A stretch of 64,000 nt of DNA, from positions 248,001-312,000 of the forward strand of contig JAANOX010000047.1 of assembly GCA_020184695.1 (NCBI GenBank). Reading direction: 5' to 3'. The stretch comes from Histomonas meleagridis 2922-C6/04-290x. Its lineage: Eukaryota > Protista > Parabasalia. Within the stretch, counting starts at the first letter, position 1. Every line of letters starts with the position of its first letter. Below, piece after piece: positions 1-10,262 of the stretch. Position numbers and translations under genes: made by a program. Under the pieces are notes generated by a model that ran no database searches, was not told the origin of the DNA, and saw only the letters and a program-made list of their open reading frames with translations.

Positions 1-470
1 TCAAGTGGTATTCCATAATTATATGCAACTTCTCGGATCGCATTTATCATTTCTTGCTTGAATTGATTGATTTCACTTTGACTTTTATAATGAATGAATA
101 TACTTTTGTCCTCAAGTGTAATGGAGTTTGGATCTAATAAGTTTTGCTCAACTAGCTTATTAAGCATATAATGTGACTCGCCACCACTCTTTTCTTGATC
201 AACTAAAAATGTACTCAATGTATTAATAATTGGATGTTTGATTTGCTTTTCGAGTTCTTGTAAAAACTTTATATATAAAGATCCATCATGGCGTTGTGTC
301 ATAACAAGTGACTTAACATACTGACAGACTAACAAAATGAATGAAAAGGCGTATTTTTCATCAAAAAATTTCGATAGATTTTCACTTGTCTCTTGAAGGT
401 TTTCTTCGCTAAGTTTGTAAATAACATTTTCGAATTCAATAAGCTTTTGTAAGAGGGGATTTGTGCTCAT
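1..470 (-). CDS. 5' part of a hypothetical protein (runs off the window start); resembles the helical N-terminus of trichomonad DUF3447/ankyrin proteins
   Basis: My own translation, not in the ORF track: ATG at 470, then an open frame MSTNPLLQKLIEFENVIYKLSEENLQ...AYNYGIPL to position 1. TCACTTCACTT initiator lies just upstream on the minus strand. Confidence 0.65.
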   Translation of the reverse strand, partial: MSTNPLLQKLIEFENVIYKLSEENLQETSENLSKFFDEKYAFSFILLVCQYVKSLVMTQRHDGSLYIKFLQELEKQIKHPIINTLSTFLVDQEKSGGESHYMLNKLVEQNLLDPNSITLEDKSIFIHYKSQSEINQFKQEMINAIREVAYNYGIPL

Positions 471-488
471 TTTAAATAAGTGAAGTGA
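471..488 (-). promoter_or_regulatory. Trichomonad initiator (Inr)-like element
   Basis: Minus strand reads TCACTTCACTTATTTAAA-ATG. Similar TCAGT/TCATA/TCACT occur at 6804, 10258, 47221 and 48003, each 5-15 nt before an ATG. Confidence 0.6.
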
Positions 489-1430
489 CAAATTAATAAC
501 GACAAGTATATAAACCAGTGAACAACATTGTAACCAAGCAATTGCTGAAAAATCTAAAATAAAAGCATGAAGAAAGAAACAAAAAAGAGTTTAAATAACA
601 GTCAAAAAAATTTATTGATGTGTAAAACAACAAAAAATCATAAAATGTAGCTACAATGATTTTGGACTATTGTTAAAACATACCTAAAGATGGCGTTCAT
701 GAGTATGTCATCACAGTATGTTTTGATGGACTATTCGAGTTTTGCACTAGTTATTACATCTACGATATCTGAAACAAAACCTTTTAACATTATCCTAATT
801 TCCAGTGAAATTAAACCAATTGTTATAACAATGTTTTTGTTGAATTAGATTTCATATTAAATTTGTAAATCAAAAGAATTTCCATCAAAGATATGCATAT
901 CTTGAATTCTAACAATATAAATTTTGACTATGTTACATCTGCAGGAAAATTCATATTAATCAAGCCTTGCCCACACACACATGCGCTTATTGGATTGATC
1001 CAAAAATTGATAAAAAACCTCCGATGTTTCTATTCAGGAACGTTTTGATTTGAAATAAACAACCGTCGTCATAAAAACATTTTTTGCGAATTCATCGGAA
1101 TTTATTCCAGCATGGTGAGTACCCACTTATGTGCATTTTAGAGTCGTTCGGCAGAAGGCCTTCTGCAGCCTGAGTAACTAACTCAATGGAATAAGTATGT
1201 GTATTTTCGTCATATTTTTCTATAAGCTTTTTGTTGCGCATTCGCAAATATTGTGAGAAGAAATAAATATATAAAATAATTTTTTGGTTTAATCACTTGA
1301 AAAAAGTTGAGATCTGACTTAGGAAAATGCAATGAAAAGATTTCATTATAACGAAAACAGGAATTCATAGATTATATTTCGGTTGATATGATTATAAACA
1401 CAACGAGAAAGATTTTATTAACATATACTT

Positions 1431-1454
1431 TATATATATATATATATATATATA
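1431..1454. repeat. (TA)12 microsatellite
   Basis: Direct reading. Confidence 0.95.
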
Positions 1455-1895
1455 AGGTTACAAAAAATGATAAATATTATGATTTGGAATCAATTCCAAT
1501 GAGTAATAAATTTAATGTGAAAAATTATAATAGATTTGATATTTACATTATTTCTTATATTATAATACAGTTCAATTATCACAAATTTTTATAGCGAAGA
1601 AGAGATGAGCAAAAATCACTGAAACTAATTCCATATAATACCAATTTTCAAAGCAGCTTTTAAATAAAATATTATTTATTATAAAAATACTCAAAGAATG
1701 TAATAGAATTACCAAATAATTTTAATATAAGTCAAAATACGTATTGGAATTCTATTGTATCATTTGTTAAATTAACAAATTTGCGATTTTTTTTTTTTCA
1801 AAATTTAAATTCCGTTTTCCATCTTTACACCCAACATTAATGAATCTTAAAAACATCAATTAACAAAAACGGTAATGTTTATTATTCAAATATTA

Positions 1896-3221
1896 TCAGA
1901 AAATTGATTTGTGAATTGAAGAGAACTCTCTTATCACAGCCAGTTCACTTTCTTCAAGCCCATTTACTGGGATTGCTGGAGGTAGTGAGTTATACTCTGC
2001 TACAATTTTTTCTGGGACCTGTTGGAAGTAACTTGAATCGCCAATATCCAATATCATTGAAGGCGTTGGCATTTTTGCTCTTCCTGAGTTTAAGTTTGCG
2101 TATCTTTCTCTTAGCATTGGCGATTTAGGGCATTGTGCAAACGATGCCTGATATATATCCAATGCATTTTTCGCCATATCCTTGAGCTCAAATATTAATC
2201 CGAGGTTAGCCCAAGCTTCGACTATGTCACCGCGCAAATATAGTGCTCGTTGGAATGCAATTATAGCATCTTTCATTTGGCCATTCTTGAAATATAACAC
2301 GCCAAGATTACACCAAAATAATGGAGTCTCACTAAAATATGAGTTACACTCAGAGAAGCGTTGATATGCTGTATTCATATCTTGATGCTTCATTGCAATA
2401 CGTGCAGCAGCAAACTTGAGCAATGGATCACCGGGTACTGATGATATAAGTTTATTCGCTTTGTCATGCGATGAAATATCGTTTTGTAATGATAAAAACC
2501 ATGCGTATTGTTGAATGACTTTGATACAATTGGGATGTGATTTATATAAACGATGATATTTGTCATTGGCTTTAATGTATTGTTGATCAAGTTGATAATT
2601 AAAAGCAATTTGAAAAACAAGATCATCTTCCCGTAAATTAAGGGGTGGACATGGTCGAAGATCTTGAAGAATTTTGGTGCTTTTGGCATAGTTGTTCCGT
2701 TCGCGATATAACATGGATAAACGGAATTTTACGTCTGATTTTAACTCTTTTATTTCTGATAAGAGTGAAATGACATGGTTCATAAAATCAATGGCAACTG
2801 AATACCCAAAATGTTGATAAGTTGAGGCTATGCCTAACCAAAAATAAGGATCATTGCTTTCACCATTTATATTAAGAGCACGAGTATATGCAGAATAAGA
2901 ATTTGGAAAATCATTTAAAAGTAAATAGCAATGCCCAAGGGTTGCCCACAAAGAAAAATTATTAGGATCTGCCTGTATTTTTTTTGACGTTAATGAAATG
3001 ATGTTGAGGAGTTTCTCAACTGATTTCCATAGCTTTGGATTTGAAGCTATGCTATGGTTACTTGGATTATACGAAAGAAGCCTCCTTATAGCCGTATCTG
3101 AATAATTATCTGATAGAATATTTGAAAGTGTTAAGATGCCTTCCCATGTCTTTTCAACTTCCTTACATGCTGCCTCAATAGAGTTATTGATCTGAACACT
3201 AATTGAACCATTCTCAGCCAT
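1896..3221 (-). CDS. TPR protein, Ssn6/Cyc8 (general corepressor)-like
   Basis: 441 aa; successive TPRs WATLGHCYLLL, YFWLGIASTYQHFG, FWCNLGVLYFKNGQMKDAIIAFQRAL and EAWANLGLIFE match the Ssn6/UTX TPR pattern. Confidence 0.8.
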   Translation of the reverse strand: MAENGSISVQINNSIEAACKEVEKTWEGILTLSNILSDNYSDTAIRRLLSYNPSNHSIASNPKLWKSVEKLLNIISLTSKKIQADPNNFSLWATLGHCYLLLNDFPNSYSAYTRALNINGESNDPYFWLGIASTYQHFGYSVAIDFMNHVISLLSEIKELKSDVKFRLSMLYRERNNYAKSTKILQDLRPCPPLNLREDDLVFQIAFNYQLDQQYIKANDKYHRLYKSHPNCIKVIQQYAWFLSLQNDISSHDKANKLISSVPGDPLLKFAAARIAMKHQDMNTAYQRFSECNSYFSETPLFWCNLGVLYFKNGQMKDAIIAFQRALYLRGDIVEAWANLGLIFELKDMAKNALDIYQASFAQCPKSPMLRERYANLNSGRAKMPTPSMILDIGDSSYFQQVPEKIVAEYNSLPPAIPVNGLEESELAVIREFSSIHKSIF

Positions 3222-3885
3222 AAGGGATGGCTAAAAACAAAATTATTTCAATTGAACATTATTCAAAAAGTTGTATCATTGAAATTGAACGTTAAAATTT
3301 GAGAGGCAAAACGACCGTTAAAGGATTTGGGAAGAAATAAATATAGAAATTCCAAGAAATAAGAAATTTATTATTGTTATAATTATTAGACTCACATTAG
3401 GCACAAAAACTTTAAAATCGATATTAAGTATAAGCTAAAAGCAAATGGAATATTTTTGGAAATTCTGGAAAAATTTGGCCACTTTTCAAATTACACAGTT
3501 TGAACTTGCAACCGTCTTTTCCCAACTGTTGTATTGGGGTGCTGCGCTTTTCACTGAAAAAATTCTGAAAAAATATTATCAAAAAGTTAAATAAACAATC
3601 GAAAACCAATTCTCAGTGGTTTTTTTGTGAAAAAATAATCGTTCAATTGAATTCGTATTCAAAAAGCAACGTGGCTAAGACCCTCCTTTTACGTCATTTC
3701 TTATCAGGAACATATTATAATAAATCTAAAATTAGAATATATTTAGAACTTTAATCGGCCATTCTATTTTATTAAGGTAAAAGATATGTAATATTTCATT
3801 TATCGTGATAAAATTATTCGAAATTTTCAACCGCATAGAACAACAATCTGTTTAAAAAGTGGTTACATTGAAATTCTAAGTGTTA

Positions 3886-4320
3886 ATGTCTCTGGTCAAA
3901 GCAAAGATCACACATGGACTCGAAGGAAATCCTCTCGCAAAGCTTATTAGAAACGAAGTTTTTGTAAAGGAACAAGGTTTTCATAATGAGTTTGATGAAA
4001 TTGATCCAATTGCATATCATGTTGTTCTTTTTGAAGGAGATAAACCAATTGGAACAGGCAGATGCTTTCCTGATAAAAACAATAAAGATCAATTTCATAT
4101 AGGGAGAGTCGCAGTTTTAAAGGAATTTCGAAAAAAAAATTATGGGAAAATAATAATGGATAACCTTGAAGAACAAATAAAAAAAGTAGGTGGAAAGTCT
4201 ATTATACTTTCGGCGCAGGTAAGAGCATCTAAATTTTACTCAAAACTTGGATATACTTTTAAAGGGGAAGAATATTTTGATGAATATTGTCCACACATTG
4301 ATATGGTGAAGAAAATTTGA
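3886..4320 (+). CDS. GNAT family acetyltransferase, bacterial YjcF/ElaA-like
   Basis: IRNEVFVKEQG, HIGRVAVLKEFRKKNYGKIIM (motif A) and LSAQVRASKFYSKLGY...EYCPHIDM; first ATG at 3886. Confidence 0.9.
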   Translation: MSLVKAKITHGLEGNPLAKLIRNEVFVKEQGFHNEFDEIDPIAYHVVLFEGDKPIGTGRCFPDKNNKDQFHIGRVAVLKEFRKKNYGKIIMDNLEEQIKKVGGKSIILSAQVRASKFYSKLGYTFKGEEYFDEYCPHIDMVKKI

Positions 4321-5233
4321 AAACATAGAAATTTATCACAATTTTGTTAAAATTGTGTAAAGCTTTTCAGGATTTACATAAATCCCATAGAACATGCATT
4401 GCACAATTTCTTACAACTAACCTACACTTGTGCTAAAGTTTATTTCAAAGAACAAGACTAACTTCATTTTTTTGTTTTTTTTTTCCACAATTTTAACGTT
4501 CTTTAAAATGCACGTTAAAAAAATTCTTTTTTTGGCCCGCCCCATTGTAAAGTACGTTAATAACAAACAGAATATCATTTCTTTAAATTATTGAATATTT
4601 GAGTCAATAACCGTAATAAAATCTTTCAGCATAAATAAATATTTCGTTCACGAAATATGATCATATTCAAGTGAAAAATAGTATATTTTTTATTATTTTT
4701 ATTCCCTTGTTTTTCATATACAAAAAATTCGAATTTTTTGCACAACAAAATCATGATTTTTAAATTTTTGCTGGAGTTGTGTATCTGAATTTAAGCAATA
4801 AAGAATTTTTTTTATTTTGAAAAATATTATCAAATTTATAATTTTTCCCAATAAATGATACAAAATTTATCATAAATCGTTTTGTGTGTAAGTTTTAATT
4901 ATATTCTAAATCAAAAATAATTTTTTGTTATTAAATCAAATATTTACACTAAATAAGATTTAAAGTTATTTCATAAACAATTTGATAAATGCATTAATTT
5001 GGAAATAATTTTTATTTTGATATATTTTATATTTGCTTGAGATTAATAACCTGGAATCTATATTGTTGAAAAACATATTAATTTGTTAAATGCTAACATT
5101 GCTCATGGAAAGAATAAGCACGTTGTTGATTGTTTGTGAAGTGTTATCTATTACATTACGAGATTCGGTGATAATATTTTCGGTAATTTTTTATATTACC
5201 GATGTTAATTAACGGTCTTCAAAAGATTTTGGG

Positions 5234-6607
5234 ATGTTTTTCTGTGTAATATGCTTTCTCCAAAAATTTCAAATAAGGGATGAAAGCTCAGTTGTTACAT
5301 CATTTCCAGATTTTGGCCTTCAAAAATATGCAAATTTTTCTCTCATGCTTCAGACATTAAAATCGGGTCATTATTTTGTAGCCGTTCTTGACTCAGAAGA
5401 ATATTCCAGTATTCCACGGCTATCATTTTCTTACCCCATGCAATTTTGTTTAAAAAATCGTCCACATTTTTCGATGATAAATTTTTCATTTTTTTCAGAT
5501 ATCTTTGAATACAAATCCTCAACAATTATACCCAAAGCAGATACATATTATCTATTAATTGTTTCATGTTATCCTAATACATCATTTTATGATGTAACAA
5601 TTTTTTTCAAAAATGGGAATTCCCTTCTAGACTCACGTTATATCCCATGTTTTATTTCTATGCCCATCTTTTTTTTAACACTTATATTCCTTTTTATTCC
5701 ATATATAATTAATCAAATCATATGGCAAGATAAGATCACAGGGCTTCATAAATATCTCACGGTCACATTAGCGTTTGTAACGATTAAACTTCTTTTTGAT
5801 TATATATGTTTACAATATTATTCGAGCCATCATGACAAATCATTGTTCGCTGTTTTCCAAGGCATTTTAGATCCACTATGTAATGTTGCACTAATTTCTG
5901 TCTTAATATTAGCTGGCAAAGGCTGGTGTTTAACTAATACATCATTGCAAATATCTGACATCATTGAAGTTGTTAGTTATTGCACTATATATCAATTACT
6001 CCAAAAACTTTTTTCATCATTTTCTATTGTCGCATTTCAAGTTGTATTATTTGTATTAATGGTTTCATTATTATCAATTATATGGGTATCATTAATCTCG
6101 AGTCTTAAAGTATTACAAAAGAATTTAATTGTCCATTTAAATGTTATTATGGAGAATGGGATTTCTCCAATTTCTACACCTATATATCGTAAGCATATAA
6201 TATTAACATATCTTTCATATGTAATTGTCTTTTATTTCTCTTATCAAATTGTAATCATATCTTTTAAGTTCATCGAAGAAATGAGTTATTGGGTGGAAAA
6301 TATGTTATATTGGATATTAAATATTGGCCTATTGGCTTCGATGACTTTCTTGTTTAGAATTAGAAGAGGAGAATTCGTCGAATATGACTCATTAGAGAAT
6401 TGTAAACATTTGACAAATAAACAATTCGACGAAATAAATACAGATTTCTTGAAAAATAAAAACTTCGAAGGAATGAAAGAATGGGAAGAAGGAATCCTGT
6501 TGCCGCCGCCGCCAATAATTGTGGATGACGACGGACAATCTAATTCTTTACAGCCAAATATCGATTTCCAAGACGATGGAATGGAAATGAAGGAATTACT
6601 CGACTAA
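5234..6607 (+). CDS. GOST / lung seven-transmembrane family protein (GPR107/TMEM87-like)
   Basis: Luminal N-terminal domain, about 7 hydrophobic segments, LILAGKGWCL and LHKYLT motifs, acidic C-terminal tail. Confidence 0.7.
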   Translation: MFFCVICFLQKFQIRDESSVVTSFPDFGLQKYANFSLMLQTLKSGHYFVAVLDSEEYSSIPRLSFSYPMQFCLKNRPHFSMINFSFFSDIFEYKSSTIIPKADTYYLLIVSCYPNTSFYDVTIFFKNGNSLLDSRYIPCFISMPIFFLTLIFLFIPYIINQIIWQDKITGLHKYLTVTLAFVTIKLLFDYICLQYYSSHHDKSLFAVFQGILDPLCNVALISVLILAGKGWCLTNTSLQISDIIEVVSYCTIYQLLQKLFSSFSIVAFQVVLFVLMVSLLSIIWVSLISSLKVLQKNLIVHLNVIMENGISPISTPIYRKHIILTYLSYVIVFYFSYQIVIISFKFIEEMSYWVENMLYWILNIGLLASMTFLFRIRRGEFVEYDSLENCKHLTNKQFDEINTDFLKNKNFEGMKEWEEGILLPPPPIIVDDDGQSNSLQPNIDFQDDGMEMKELLD

Positions 6608-6777
6608 CTGTTGTTCAATAAATGTTTGTTTATTCGAATTTTTTTCTACTTTTATCAAAGACTTAAAGCATTTTATAACATAAAAAAAGTTTTAAACGAT
6701 TTTCGTAAATTTTAACGTGTTTTTGATTGTGTGGTTTACGGGAAACCCGCGCTTTGCTTTGAAAAAGTGGAGAAATA

Positions 6778-6784
6778 AACGGTT
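6778..6784 (+). promoter_or_regulatory. Myb-type AACGGT(T/C) promoter motif (representative copy)
   Basis: The same motif lies shortly upstream of many ATGs: 5211, 31673, 39190, 50694 and 59492, and on the minus strand near 3315, 20360 and 35837. It resembles the T. vaginalis M3 element. Confidence 0.55.
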
Positions 6785-6811
6785 TTAAAAACACGTTTTT
6801 TCATCAGTCCA

Positions 6812-9800
6812 ATGTCAAAAGAAGAAGAAAAAGAAGACCCTTCATTAAAAGATCATACTGAAGAAAAGGCACCAGTGGATTCCCCTAATGGAAAAGATGT
6901 TATGATAACAAGAACAAAAAAAGCTAAGCCTGTAAAAATTGATCTTAGATCAAGTAATAGTTCAAAGCATTCCAATACTGAAAAAAATGAAAAAAGTTCA
7001 AATAAAACACTTCCTTTAATTAATCCACAAAATCGTTCTAATCCTACAATAATTTCACCAAAGTCTTCTAAAAAACAATTAACTCCATTAAACTCACCGA
7101 AAGGGGATCGTAATTCAGATAGTCTTCGTTCTTCACAACAAAAGAAACAAGCAATAAATTTCAATGATCCAATAACACAAGAAGCCGCCGATAATCTAGG
7201 ACTTTTACCATCGGAACTACAATATCCAACAGAAGCAGATCTTAATCTTTATACACGTAATCCAAAATTTCGGGAAATTGTTAATCAAGAATTAACAGCC
7301 GAAATTGATGAACGCATTAAACAACTCAACCAAGAACGCGAGCGTATTATAAATGCCAAAAAAGAGGAAACAGCACGTAATGAAGTCAAGAAGTCTCAAC
7401 GATCTGAGTTAATGACATATTCTACACTTGAAGAAACACATAACAATAAAATTGATCAACGTAGTAAACGCGAAATCGAACAATGGATCTTATCTTCACT
7501 TATGCAAAAATATCAATCAGATCGAATTACACAACTTGATGAATATGAAGAAAAACAACGCATCGAAAAAGAAAATAAACGAAAAGAAAAATGTAAACAA
7601 GATCGAATTGAACAACAAAAGCGACAAAGACGACTTGAAGAAGAAGCTAAAGAAAACGAGAAAAAGATGAAACAACTTCGACTTAAAGAAGATGAACGAG
7701 AACGACAATTTAAAGAACAAAGGAAACAACAAGAAATCGATCGAAGGAAACAAGCAATTGAAGAGCATAAGAAACGCGAAGAAAAATATCAACAAACGCA
7801 AAACTTAATTAAGAAACTTAATGATGATAAACAAAAGCGATTTGATGAACGTGCGAAAAAACTTGAAGAAAAAGAACAAAAACGACTTCAAACTAAAAAA
7901 GAAGAACAAGAAGCAATTAAACGAAAAAACGAAGAAGAAGAAAAACAACGAATTGAACGAATCAAAAAAATCAATAAAAATCGAAAACAAATTATAACGC
8001 AAATGCGTCAAAGAGCTCATGAAAAAGATTTACGAATTAATAAACTTTTAGAACAATATCAGAAAGATTTAACAGCAAAAGTTAAACAACTTAAGAAACA
8101 TGAAGAAGAAAAAGTTTATCGAGCAAAAACATGGCGACAAAAACGCGAAGAAGAAGTTAATCAAAAGAATCAAATGTTAATGCAAAAGGATGCCGAAAAT
8201 GACCTAAAATTACAAAAGAGAAAACAAGAAATGAATGATCAAAGAATGAATGCAATTAAAGGTACAACTGATTATGCACAAGAAATGTCTAAGAAAGAAG
8301 AAGCGTATCAACAAAAAATGGAACAAAAACGTAAAGAAATGGATGATAATATGAATCAGAAACTTCAAAGACATGAAGATTATATGCAAAAGCTTCAAGA
8401 AGAAAGAGAAATTAAAGCATTGAAAGAAAGGATTTTAATGGAAAAGAAACAATTTGCTGTCGAAAGACAAAAACGAAAAGATTTAACACAAAAAATTCGG
8501 AAAGAAAAATTATATCAAGAAAAAATTAAGAAAATTGAAGAATTGGAACAACATAAAACTGTTGTATTAAGAAACACTTTAAAGAAAAATACCGAAATGC
8601 AATTTAAACGAAGAGATACAAATTCTAAAGTTAGAGAATTGCTAAGAAAATCAGATAGAAATAGTGAAGCAGAGTTAAGAAAGTTAGCTAATGAATTCGG
8701 TATCGATTTCGACGAAATTGATGCAAAGGCGAAAAATCCAAAAGGCGCAAAAATGTCAATTCAAGACTATATAATAAGTATGGGCGGAGAACCAGCATTG
8801 AAAGAAGAGAATGAAAAAGAAAGTTCAAATAGTGGTGATGAGAATAAAGAAAAAAGTTCAAGCGATGATGAAAATAATAATAAAAAAGATGAAGAAAAAG
8901 AAAAACAAAAGAAACGAAAAGAAGATGAAAAACTTCGCGTTAAAATTGATCATAATAATAATGAAAAGAAAGCAAATGAAAAAGAAAGTTCAAGTGATAA
9001 TAAAGAAAACAAGAAGAAAGAAGATAAGGAAAGTAGTGACGAAGAGAACAAGAAAAGACCAATGAAAAGGAAAGAAGATGAAAAACTTCGCGTTAAAATT
9101 GATCATAATAATAACAAAGAAAAGAAAGAAAATAAGGAAAATGAAAGAAATAAAAGAGATAAAGAAATAAGAAACAATAAAAACACTTCAAAAAATGAAG
9201 ATAATAATAAAAAGAGAAGAAAAGAAGATGAAAATAATGAAGTTAAAAGAAATAGGAAAAATAAAGAAAATGAAAAAAGAAGAAAAGAAAAAGAAAACAG
9301 TAAAAACGTTTCCAGTGATAGCAATAAATCAAATGATGAAGAAAAAGAAAACCAAAAAATCAAAGAAAATAATAGTTCTGATGCAAAGAAGAAATCATCA
9401 GAAAGTGAAAACAATGAAAATGTTTCCAGTGATAATAATAAATCAAACGATGAAGAAAAAGAAAACCAAAAAAAGAACAAAAAAGATATAAAAGAAAAAA
9501 ATGAATCAATTGATAAAAGTGAAAAAGAAAATAATAGTTCTGATACAAAGAAGAAATCATCAGAAAGCGAAAACAATGAAAATGTTTCCAGTGATAACAA
9601 TAAATCAAACGATGAAGAAAAAGAAAACCAAAAAAAGAACAAAAAAGATATAAAAGAAAAAAATGAATCAATTGATAAAAGTGAAAAAGAAAATAATAGT
9701 TCTGATGCAAAGAAGAAGTCATCAGAAAGTGAAAACAATGAAAATGTTTCCAGTGATAACAATAAATCAAACGATGAAGAAAAAGAAAACCAAAAAAAGA

Positions 9801-10210
9801 ACAAAAAAGATATAAACGAGAAAAATGAATCAAGTGATAAAATCGAAAAAGAAAATAATAGTTCTGATACAAAGAAGAAATCATCAGAAAGCGATAATTC
9901 TAAAAATGTTTCCAGCAATAAATCAAAACAAAATAAAGAGACAAAAGAAGAAAATGATAAATCTAATGAAAGTGAATATGACAAACAAAGTAAAAACAGC
10001 GAAAATGAAGATAATGATTCCGAAAGGAGCAAAAAGTCAGCAGAAAACGAATTTGAAAATGATTTTGAAGAAGACAGTGAAATAGATGAGCATGAACACA
10101 TGAACTCCTTTGAAGAAGACAAAAAAGATGAATTAGATTCAGATGAAGATGAACTTAAATCAGAAGAAAATGAAGATTTAAGTTCTGATCATGACGACGA
10201 CACTTTTTAA
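6812..10210 (+). CDS. Large K/E/R-rich coiled-coil protein with a repetitive acidic C-terminus
   Basis: 1132-aa ORF with AACGGTT at 6778 and Inr TCAGT at 6804; no recognisable catalytic domain. Confidence 0.85.
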   Translation: MSKEEEKEDPSLKDHTEEKAPVDSPNGKDVMITRTKKAKPVKIDLRSSNSSKHSNTEKNEKSSNKTLPLINPQNRSNPTIISPKSSKKQLTPLNSPKGDRNSDSLRSSQQKKQAINFNDPITQEAADNLGLLPSELQYPTEADLNLYTRNPKFREIVNQELTAEIDERIKQLNQERERIINAKKEETARNEVKKSQRSELMTYSTLEETHNNKIDQRSKREIEQWILSSLMQKYQSDRITQLDEYEEKQRIEKENKRKEKCKQDRIEQQKRQRRLEEEAKENEKKMKQLRLKEDERERQFKEQRKQQEIDRRKQAIEEHKKREEKYQQTQNLIKKLNDDKQKRFDERAKKLEEKEQKRLQTKKEEQEAIKRKNEEEEKQRIERIKKINKNRKQIITQMRQRAHEKDLRINKLLEQYQKDLTAKVKQLKKHEEEKVYRAKTWRQKREEEVNQKNQMLMQKDAENDLKLQKRKQEMNDQRMNAIKGTTDYAQEMSKKEEAYQQKMEQKRKEMDDNMNQKLQRHEDYMQKLQEEREIKALKERILMEKKQFAVERQKRKDLTQKIRKEKLYQEKIKKIEELEQHKTVVLRNTLKKNTEMQFKRRDTNSKVRELLRKSDRNSEAELRKLANEFGIDFDEIDAKAKNPKGAKMSIQDYIISMGGEPALKEENEKESSNSGDENKEKSSSDDENNNKKDEEKEKQKKRKEDEKLRVKIDHNNNEKKANEKESSSDNKENKKKEDKESSDEENKKRPMKRKEDEKLRVKIDHNNNKEKKENKENERNKRDKEIRNNKNTSKNEDNNKKRRKEDENNEVKRNRKNKENEKRRKEKENSKNVSSDSNKSNDEEKENQKIKENNSSDAKKKSSESENNENVSSDNNKSNDEEKENQKKNKKDIKEKNESIDKSEKENNSSDTKKKSSESENNENVSSDNNKSNDEEKENQKKNKKDIKEKNESIDKSEKENNSSDAKKKSSESENNENVSSDNNKSNDEEKENQKKNKKDINEKNESSDKIEKENNSSDTKKKSSESDNSKNVSSNKSKQNKETKEENDKSNESEYDKQSKNSENEDNDSERSKKSAENEFENDFEEDSEIDEHEHMNSFEEDKKDELDSDEDELKSEENEDLSSDHDDDTF
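9374..9920 (+). repeat. In-frame 162-bp (54-aa) tandem repeat, about 3.4 copies
   Basis: AGTTCTGAT unit starts at 9374, 9536, 9698 and 9860. Confidence 0.9.
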
Positions 10211-10262
10211 TAAATATTTGTTTTTTGTTAATGTTAATTCGAACAAACTGAGTCAATTCATA

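Noticed and set aside
1388-1594. 68-aa ORF
   Set aside because: Runs through the (TA)12 microsatellite in AT-rich intergenic DNA
9103-10122. 339-aa minus-strand ORF and similar long Phe/Ser/Leu-rich antisense ORFs (7517, 9360, 33050, 40920, 49340 and others)
   Set aside because: Shadows of K/E-rich or GC3-biased sense genes; composition is the reverse complement of the real codons
10191-10262. Upstream start extensions in the ORF track (10191, 14676, 20418, 43632, 50756)
   Set aside because: They overlap neighbouring genes or promoter sequence, or use non-ATG starts; Inr position and homology favour the downstream ATGs
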